Positions 28,425-35,239 of a stretch of DNA of 41,362 bases are shown here, piece after piece (position 1 is the first letter of the stretch; each line of letters begins with the position of its first letter). Below the pieces are notes generated by a model. That model was not told where the DNA came from. It did no database searches and was given only the letters and a program-made list of their open reading frames with translations. The stretch lies in the sequence record SRR20825019_2111, one strand, 5' to 3'. The position numbers and the translations under genes were made by a program.

Positions 28425-31400
28425 TTACCACGATAGATGATTCGTTTCTAAAATACTTGCTGTTTTCATCACACGAAGTGCAGAAAACCAGTTGAACGAA
28501 CCATCAATAATTATGTCATTGTCAATTATAATTGTTTTGCTATGGATGCCGTTTACCAATTTCAACTTTGCTCCACTTTGTATAATTATCTCACGGCCTT
28601 TCTGGGCTACAGGTTTTAGCTGATTATTTTGTAGATCAAGTGTGGAGTCGGTAATTATAATCACCTTTACTCCTTTGCTCACTGTAGCGCTCAATTGTTC
28701 TTTAACGGAATCAATTTTAATTGAGTTCAATTTTCTTTTGTCATTGTTATCATAGCACTTGATTGTATTGCATTCTATCGCATTTGAAGAAATGAACGGG
28801 GAAACAATGATCAATTCGGATTTTGCAATCTCAAACGCTCGGTTAAGTGTGCCAACATGTGTTTTCAAATCACTAACGCGGATTACATCATGATTTGTTT
28901 CTGTAGTATCAAAAACAATCTTGTTGGACAATTCACAATTTTCATCTTCTTGTAGCCATTGTTTTAAACGGCCTAATGGATTTTTCTTTGTTGCATCAAT
29001 AGCGTTTAGATTGCCAAAAACAAGAAAACTCGATTTTGCTCTCGAAACAGCTACATTGAGCATATTTAGGTTGTCTGCAAATAGCATACTGTCACCAGGT
29101 GTGATTACGGACGAAAAAACAACAATATCAATTTCAGCACCTTGCAAGGCGTGAACGGTACCTGATATTAATGGTTGATATGCTTTTTTATCAATCTTTA
29201 GCAGCTCATCCTTAATAAGGGATGCCTGGGATTTATAGGGAGTAATTATGGCCAATATTTCTGCAATAGGTTTTTTGCCAAAGGAACTTTCTAGCTCCGT
29301 CCTCTTACTTTCAATCCATTTGGCAATGGTGATGCCATCTTGCTTGTTATGCCTACTATTTTCAACCTTCTCACTCGTACTTTCAATATGCATAAAACCT
29401 TTTAGTGGAAGGTCTGTATCTACCTTTCTTTGATTTCCTTTGGTCAGGATCAGTTTGTTGTGATATACGTTTTTGTTTGAATAGGAAATAATTTTGTCCG
29501 GACATCTCCTATGTTCCTTCAAAAGGGTACCTCCGAAGTCAACGTCTTTTACGAAACAGGAACGTTGGGCAATTTTCATTAAATTGCCAGATGAACAGAG
29601 TAACCCCGAATCTTTATAACTATTTATTACATCCATAGAGGCGTCTTCGGCCAGTATGTTGTTCATTTTAAGATTGACAATATCTAGTGGTTCCTCTACG
29701 GACCAAACAGGTTCAATCTGAAATACATCACCTACAACAATTGCTTTCTTTGCCAAGGAAAATGAAGGTATGGCAATATCTGGGGCAACTTGTCCTGCTT
29801 CATCCACAATGATCAGGTCGAACAAATCGTAATAGGCCTGTTCACCTTCGGCATTATCGTAAAAGGTGCTAAACCTTGGGATGGAATGAAAGGTAGATAT
29901 ATAAATAGGTGTTACCCCCGCAAACCGTTGTAGTTTTTCTTTATAACCAATTTTGCCCCGCTCTTTATCCTTACTGTTTTTTTCAAGCTTGGCCTCAAGG
30001 TTCAGCAAATATTCTGCCTCTCTAAAATGTATCGCATACCAAAAAGCTTCATAACGGAACGAAATATCCATTCTAACCTGCATATCCTCAAGAGGTTGCA
30101 AGTCTTGATATTCTTTACCGGTCGTGGAGTAAAGCTTTGTTAATTGATTACCATAATTGTTGTTCCAATTATTGATACAGGATTGATAATTGGAAGTAAA
30201 CTCCTCAATCTTGCTTTTGGTGTCCATGGCATGGGTCAACTCTATGTTTAGCTGTTTTGCCGCGTTGGTCTTTGAAATAATTCTCTCGTTGAGCAAATGA
30301 ATCAAAGCACTGTAACTTCCGTAATCCGAAACTTCTTTCAAGTCAATATGTAACAGTATCCTTTGAAAAAGTGAAGCCCTTCGCTTCTTAAATTTTGGAA
30401 GAAAAGGAAATGCTTTTTGAATAAATGGTTGTTGTTTTTCTGCTTGTATCAGATTCTTTTCTGCATCCGAGATTTGTTGAATTTCAGCGTTGCAATTCTC
30501 CAATTTGGTTTGAATAGTGGAAATAAGCACTTTTAAATCATCAAGATTGGAACATCCACTTTTTTCTAAAAGCGGGCCTATGTTCTCATAGTTTTCAGCA
30601 ATTTCAAGATGCTCCCTAATGTGATTGACTTTTGATTTAACTATATTGAATAATTGATGTTTACATTCTTCAATGTCCTTACTTTTTTCAATATATGCTC
30701 CAAACTCATTTAAAAAGAACTCTTTTTTATCATCAATAGAGTCACTTTCAAAATCATTTATAAAACCGTTGCCAAATTCGGATGTACATGTTTGATATGT
30801 ACTGTTTTCATTCGTGGATAGGTACAGGCCCAGAGAGGACACGACAGGTAACCAACGTTGGGTCAATTTATCCTTAGAGTCAAGCACAAAACTGTCAAGT
30901 ATATTTGTGATAGCTTGATTGTTGGCAGAACATGCGACCAGTAATTCTGGTTTTTGCTGATTTACAACAGTGGAGACCACACTATTTGCAACAACGGATT
31001 GCAAAAAGGTAGTTTTACCTGTTCCTGGTGGACCATTTACGGCCAAAACATTGGAATCTGTAAGAAGATTAAAACAACCGATGCTTTCTCTTTGTGATAC
31101 GGAAAGAGGAAACTCGCCACTCATTTGCCCAATGTGATTTTTGTTCCGAATGATCGTGGATTTATCAGGAATTGACATGCATTTTACTCTCCCGGCATCA
31201 ATCAGGTTATTGAGTAAACTTTTTTTAGGAGGCGCCTCTTCCAGTCTTTTATACAGTTTTCGGATATTTCCGGTTAGGCCGCGTAGTTCACCTTTTTGTA
31301 TGAATATATATTTTTCATGTTTTGTGTTGAACTCATCAAAGTTCTTCGCTGTTACAATCGAAAAAAAGGATTCACACTTTTTCCAGTATGCTTCCCATGA

Positions 31401-31856
31401 ATCGTCTTTGAACTCAACTTTCTGTAAGGCAATATCAACATCTTTTATGGATGCGATATTACAGGAACCTTTGTAGGTGGGGGAAAGGTATTCCCTAACA
31501 AAAAAAGGTTTGGATACTCCCTTATTGGATTTTTGTGGCTCAAGTGTCCCATCTTTATGCATTATTGCTGGAATCCAGAAAGGATAGGTTATTTCTTCCT
31601 CCAGCTCCTTTGATTTGGCATGTTCAAATTCTGGTTGAATTGAACAAGGGCAAATATCTACGTTTATATATGGTGTATCTCTGTTGGCCCCAGAAATTTT
31701 CCACAAGAATTTTGCGTGTTTTTGAGGTACTTGCTGTATAAAGTAGGAATCTACGGGAATCGGATGTGTGGAGACATCAATTCTTTTTCTGTCAACATCC
31801 AACAGCGTTTTTTTCCAATAACCCAACCAAGCTTTTATATCTGAAACCTCTACCAC
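28425..31856 (-). CDS. Upf1/DNA2-like SF1 helicase fused to a C-terminal single-HKD PLD nuclease domain (Mokosh type II MkoC-like); C terminus probably frameshifted, restored stop at 28360
   Basis: GPPGTGKTT, IVDEAGQ, VGDVFQIEPV, EHRRCP, ITPYKSQ, GTVHALQGAE, LNVAVSRAK; PLD motif HSKTIIIDNDIIIDGSFNW. Confidence 0.88.
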   Translation of the reverse strand: MVEVSDIKAWLGYWKKTLLDVDRKRIDVSTHPIPVDSYFIQQVPQKHAKFLWKISGANRDTPYINVDICPCSIQPEFEHAKSKELEEEITYPFWIPAIMHKDGTLEPQKSNKGVSKPFFVREYLSPTYKGSCNIASIKDVDIALQKVEFKDDSWEAYWKKCESFFSIVTAKNFDEFNTKHEKYIFIQKGELRGLTGNIRKLYKRLEEAPPKKSLLNNLIDAGRVKCMSIPDKSTIIRNKNHIGQMSGEFPLSVSQRESIGCFNLLTDSNVLAVNGPPGTGKTTFLQSVVANSVVSTVVNQQKPELLVACSANNQAITNILDSFVLDSKDKLTQRWLPVVSSLGLYLSTNENSTYQTCTSEFGNGFINDFESDSIDDKKEFFLNEFGAYIEKSKDIEECKHQLFNIVKSKVNHIREHLEIAENYENIGPLLEKSGCSNLDDLKVLISTIQTKLENCNAEIQQISDAEKNLIQAEKQQPFIQKAFPFLPKFKKRRASLFQRILLHIDLKEVSDYGSYSALIHLLNERIISKTNAAKQLNIELTHAMDTKSKIEEFTSNYQSCINNWNNNYGNQLTKLYSTTGKEYQDLQPLEDMQVRMDISFRYEAFWYAIHFREAEYLLNLEAKLEKNSKDKERGKIGYKEKLQRFAGVTPIYISTFHSIPRFSTFYDNAEGEQAYYDLFDLIIVDEAGQVAPDIAIPSFSLAKKAIVVGDVFQIEPVWSVEEPLDIVNLKMNNILAEDASMDVINSYKDSGLLCSSGNLMKIAQRSCFVKDVDFGGTLLKEHRRCPDKIISYSNKNVYHNKLILTKGNQRKVDTDLPLKGFMHIESTSEKVENSRHNKQDGITIAKWIESKRTELESSFGKKPIAEILAIITPYKSQASLIKDELLKIDKKAYQPLISGTVHALQGAEIDIVVFSSVITPGDSMLFADNLNMLNVAVSRAKSSFLVFGNLNAIDATKKNPLGRLKQWLQEDENCELSNKIVFDTTETNHDVIRVSDLKTHVGTLNRAFEIAKSELIIVSPFISSNAIECNTIKCYDNNDKRKLNSIKIDSVKEQLSATVSKGVKVIIITDSTLDLQNNQLKPVAQKGREIIIQSGAKLKLVNGIHSKTIIIDNDIIIDGSFNWFSALRVMKTASILETNHLSW

Positions 31857-31939
31857 AATCCTAATTTTTAATGAATCAACCCATGGAAATGTTGAATGTT
31901 AATAGTCTATCTAGTGGGGGATTAGAAAAAATCAAATAA

Positions 31940-32007
31940 TGAAGTTAGTAAATATGGGGCAGAAATTTCCACATCAATTGACGAATGGCTGTTTTGAATT
32001 GATGGAT
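31940..32007 (-). promoter_or_regulatory. Direct-repeat (LytTR-like) promoter, copy 4, upstream of the helicase-PLD gene
   Basis: TTGACGAAT (31978) / TTGATGGAT (31999); -7-like TAACTTCA 28 nt downstream. Confidence 0.7.
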
Positions 32008-32052
32008 TTAGTATAGAGTGATTGGGAGGGGCGATTTACGTGTTGTACTTAT

Positions 32053-32427
32053 AGCTTTTGTTGGCGGTTCGTGCGTCAAATGGTGTCTTTACTTTGTCTT
32101 CCATTCGGCGGTCGCTAATTTATATTGATCGGGAAGTTGTCTCAGTGCATCGTCAACAGATTCATATACACCGTCTTGTTGGACTTTCCAGTACTTGTCG
32201 CAGCTAAATCTGTAAATACTACCTTAGTCATCGTATTGGCAAATAGCAAATCCAAATATTTCAATCGTGTCATTCGAGTCCGCTGTTGGTATAAAGCCAA
32301 AAGATTTGTCCCCGGACCAAGCCCACTTAATTACTTTTGCCCCGTCTAGCTCGTCAGGAGGTTCGATTATTTGGTTCACTTCTTTGTCCTTCTCTATTGC
32401 AATGTTGTCACTTAGCATGACCGCCAA
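32053..32427 (-). mobile_element. Integron-like cassette B (collapsed attC-like site)
   Basis: Starts A|TTGGCGGT at 32427; after the gene comes the complementary ACCGCCAAC (32068-32060), then only AAAAGCT before ATAAGT. Confidence 0.65.
32089..32418 (-). pseudogene. Small hypothetical protein with in-frame premature stop
   Basis: ...PPDELDGAKVIKWAWSG...FAICQYDD*GSIYRFSCDKYWKVQQDGVYESVDDALRQLPDQYKLATAEWKTK*; TAA at 32226-32224, frame stays open to 32089; start uncertain. Confidence 0.75.
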
Positions 32428-32473
32428 TGATTAGCTAAATATCGTTTCAATGATTTTTAGCATACGATAAGTG
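32428..32473 (-). repeat. Hairpin target site (left part) preceding cassette B
   Basis: Minus strand CACTTATCGTATGCTAAAAATCATTGAAACGATATTTAGCTAATCA; 37/39 identical to 35079-35117. Confidence 0.8.
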
Positions 32474-32539
32474 GATTTAACAGATTTCCTGATAAATCTC
32501 GAGAGGAAATTGACCAATGCTCTATTACAATTGACGGAT
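32472..32539 (-). promoter_or_regulatory. Direct-repeat (LytTR-like) promoter, copy 5
   Basis: TTGACCAAT (32510) / TTGACGGAT (32531); degenerate -7 TAAATCCA 28 nt downstream; abuts the M1 peptidase stop. Confidence 0.6.
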
Positions 32540-32540
32540 G

Positions 32541-34136
32541 CTATAATTTCCCCATATCTTCGAACAAAGTCCACTCATTTGGATCTAAAACAATGGAATC
32601 GGGTCGGTCTTTGCTTTCCAATTGGATGTTTTGGTTGCGCTGGTCCAACTCAATGGTTTTTATGGTCAACTTTCCATTTTTTACCACACCTATTTCCAAA
32701 GGGAACTCAAATACATGATGGTCTTGTAATTGCTGTATGTTAAGATTGATGTTCCCATTGCTGTAGTCCCAGTTCCATTTGATCTGTGGGTGGCCCTTCA
32801 CAAATAGCCATTGCTCAAAAAAGGATTTTAAATCTTCGCCGGATACTTCCTCCATGACATGTCGAAAGTCATCTGTTAGCACATTGCTGTTTTGGTATTT
32901 CGCGTAGTAATTTCGAATACCTTCCCAGAATACGCCATCGCCCAATTTGTGCCGTAACATGTTCAATACCCATCCCCCTTTTTGGTAGGTGTTGGTGCTC
33001 AAGACCTTCATGGGGTCTTTGATGGTGAGGTCGACAATGGGAGCTGGGTTTTTTCGGTAATACTCAAAGATTTGCTGCTTGTCGATGGCCAACTCCTCTT
33101 TTCTGCGCTCATCGCCATATTCGCTTTCCAAATACAGGATACAGAAATACGTGGCAAATCCCTCGCTCAACCAAACGTGGTTCCAGCTCTTCTCCGTGGC
33201 TGAATTTCCAAACCACTGGTGGGCAATTTCATGGGCAATCAATGGCTCCACCGTTTTATTGCCTGTCACAGAATTTTCAAAATAAGCGATGGTACCAGCA
33301 TTTTCCAGCCCACCCCATTGGGTCTTGGCCTGCATATTGGCCAGTTTGGCGTATGAGTAGGGTCCGATATGATCTATAAAATATTCGAGTACATCGCCCG
33401 CCACGGTATAGTCGCCAAACCCCTCCAATCGGTTTTGCGGATATACCCAGGCCGAAACCTCAATATTATCCACATGGTCCACAACTCGCGAAGCAAACTC
33501 GGTAACGCCAATGGTCATTACTTTGGTGGCCACAGGAGCTGGTTCTTCGTAAATGGTTAGTTTGTAACCGTTCTCCAGATTACTTTCTTCGATTTTCTTG
33601 CCCGTTGCCACCACATCGTATTGTTCTGGAGCAGTGATTCGGAATTCCACACTGGCCTTATCGTACGGATGGTCTACGGACGGTAGCCAATGCCTGGCCA
33701 AGTTGGGCCAATTGTCACCAAAAAAAGAGCGCTTTCCAAATTTGGTGGTATCGATGACCAAACCTCTTTCGGGAACACCCTGGTATTTGATGGTGAACGT
33801 CTGTACGGAATCGTTCGAATTTTTAGGAACGATGTTGATTTTGTTGTTGGTATAGGTGTAGCTTGCATTGGAGTCATTTTCCAACACACTCGTCACTTCC
33901 ATGCCAAATTCTCCCGTTTTTTGGATGAGGTCCAAAGCAAATGGAACCATGCCCTCCTTAAAACGAACCGTTACTTCGGTCTCCCCTTTGATTTGGTTGG
34001 AGGCATCGTTTAAATGAAGACCAAAAACATAGTTTTGGATATCTACCGATTCATTTTTGGTATAGAGGTCTTGGGCATTTCCAGTAAGGCAAGCAAAAAT
34101 AAAAGTGAATACAAAGGTTACCGTTCGAAGTTGCAT
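32541..34136 (-). CDS. M1 family zinc aminopeptidase
   Basis: GGLEN exopeptidase motif, HEIAHQWFGN...WLSEGFATY (HExxH-x18-E), YQKGGWVLNMLR; signal peptide. Confidence 0.95.
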   Translation of the reverse strand: MQLRTVTFVFTFIFACLTGNAQDLYTKNESVDIQNYVFGLHLNDASNQIKGETEVTVRFKEGMVPFALDLIQKTGEFGMEVTSVLENDSNASYTYTNNKINIVPKNSNDSVQTFTIKYQGVPERGLVIDTTKFGKRSFFGDNWPNLARHWLPSVDHPYDKASVEFRITAPEQYDVVATGKKIEESNLENGYKLTIYEEPAPVATKVMTIGVTEFASRVVDHVDNIEVSAWVYPQNRLEGFGDYTVAGDVLEYFIDHIGPYSYAKLANMQAKTQWGGLENAGTIAYFENSVTGNKTVEPLIAHEIAHQWFGNSATEKSWNHVWLSEGFATYFCILYLESEYGDERRKEELAIDKQQIFEYYRKNPAPIVDLTIKDPMKVLSTNTYQKGGWVLNMLRHKLGDGVFWEGIRNYYAKYQNSNVLTDDFRHVMEEVSGEDLKSFFEQWLFVKGHPQIKWNWDYSNGNINLNIQQLQDHHVFEFPLEIGVVKNGKLTIKTIELDQRNQNIQLESKDRPDSIVLDPNEWTLFEDMGKL

Positions 34137-34249
34137 AAATAAACCATTATAGTTGATGGCTCAAGATACAATTTTGGTAAAAAGCCTGTATGACTTTTTG
34201 AAGGAACCCAAAAATTTTAAAAAAAGGGAATTTTTGGAATGGCACTTAT

Positions 34250-34486
34250 CGTTTAGTATATGACAAGTAGGGCAGTAGAGAGCGATAAACTTTCAATTTT
34301 GTACCGAGCCAACGCGTTGTATTTTGTTTTTAATTTATTCATCCTTAAAAGCCAAACGTAAGTTCATGAGCTCCTTTGAAAATTCAAAATACTTGCGAAC
34401 TAAATCAACGATTTGGCGGTGTTGGTAAATGGAACTTAACTTTCCTTAAGCAACAATCGCCCTATTTGCTATATATTGTTGGCATT
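34250..34486 (-). repeat. attC-like long imperfect inverted repeat ending cassette A
   Basis: Minus strand AATGCCAAC-AATATATAGCAAATAGGGC ... GCCCTACTTGTCATATACTAAAC G|ATAAGTG; begins a few nt after the gene stop. Confidence 0.75.
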
Positions 34487-34489
34487 TCG

Positions 34490-34978
34490 TTATTTTTTTT
34501 CTAACCTTTTAAATCCGTAGAAAATCAGACCGCAACAAATCAATAAGCCAAGAATTGCAGGTATCAATATTGATTTTCCTGACTCTCCTGCATTTTGAAT
34601 ACTCCACACCATTTTGCCTGTTGCCATAAGAACAACTACCGCTATGCCCATTATCACACTTCGTTTCCAAAAAGCTAACCCTAAAGCTATAAATGAAATA
34701 GGGATTGTCAAGGTCAGTAGCTGTTTGCTCAAGTTCCATTCTCCGTACAGATATTCTTTTTCAAATTCTAAAAAATCAATTACACTCTCACTCACAATCT
34801 CAGGCTTGGGAAACCAAAACATACTTGTGAACAAGGCAAATATTGAAACCATCATTCCTGTAAAACTTTTTCTGTAGGCGAAATAGCAAAATGGAAGCAA
34901 AAACAAAGGTCGTAAATACCAACTCCATTGATTATGGTGTCGTTCAAAAACCCAATCAAAGAATGGTTTGTTAGTCAT
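34490..34978 (-). CDS. Hypothetical integral membrane protein; probably 5'-truncated by a frameshift (likely true start ATG 35052)
   Basis: FERHHNQWSWYLRP motif plus several hydrophobic helices; the upstream frame joins if the T7 run at 35009-35015 were T8. Confidence 0.8.
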   Translation of the reverse strand: MTNKPFFDWVFERHHNQWSWYLRPLFLLPFCYFAYRKSFTGMMVSIFALFTSMFWFPKPEIVSESVIDFLEFEKEYLYGEWNLSKQLLTLTIPISFIALGLAFWKRSVIMGIAVVVLMATGKMVWSIQNAGESGKSILIPAILGLLICCGLIFYGFKRLEKK

Positions 34979-35075
34979 TGAAATTACAATGAAGGTAATT
35001 GTCAGGATAAAAAAATACCTCCTAACAATAAATCTTTATTACTACTTTTCATCTGTTTTATTTAATGAATGCCAA

Positions 35076-35141
35076 CAGTTAGCTAAATATAGTTTCAATG
35101 ATTTTTAGCGTACGATACTTGCCTGTCGGCAGACAGCAGTG
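35076..35141 (-). repeat. Hairpin target site (left part) preceding cassette A, interrupted by a 20-bp insertion
   Basis: Minus strand CACT[20 bp]TATCGTACGCTAAAAATCATTGAAACTATATTTAGCTAACTG. Confidence 0.8.
35118..35137. repeat. 20-bp GC-rich palindromic (REP-like) insertion
   Basis: CTTGCCTGTCGGCAGACAGC, stem CTGTC-GGCA-GACAG; absent from the paralogous site at 32469/32470. Confidence 0.75.
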
Positions 35142-35207
35142 AAGTTAGTATTTTTCGGGTTTAAATTCCAGCCTCAACTGATCAATGCCCCATTTGGATT
35201 GATAAAC
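35140..35207 (-). promoter_or_regulatory. Direct-repeat (LytTR-like) promoter, copy 6
   Basis: CTGATCAAT (35178) / TTGATAAAC (35199), same GCCC..TTT spacer; -7-like TAACTTCA 28 nt downstream. Confidence 0.6.
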
Positions 35208-35239
35208 CAGAAATCAACACTTGATAAGTAGTAGTGTTT

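Larger units (their letters stand above)
34250..35075 (-). mobile_element. Integron-like cassette A (826 bp, one gene)
   Basis: Starts G|TTGGCATT (35076/35075); the exact reverse complement AATGCCAAC follows the stop codon; no promoter recognised inside the cassette. Confidence 0.72.

Noticed and set aside
28229-28495. Plus-strand ORFs 28229-28495 and 32471-32743 sharing LTNALxQLTDAII
   Set aside because: The similarity is just the translation of the 68-bp non-coding direct repeat; both overlap real minus-strand genes.
26250-35200. Classical integron, prophage or IS element
   Set aside because: No tyrosine/serine recombinase, transposase or phage gene is recognisable in the window; only cis sites are present.
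19603-35207. Recurrent ~33-bp motif as a CRISPR array
   Set aside because: Copies are 0.5-4.4 kb apart, separated by genes, degenerate, and there are no cas genes.
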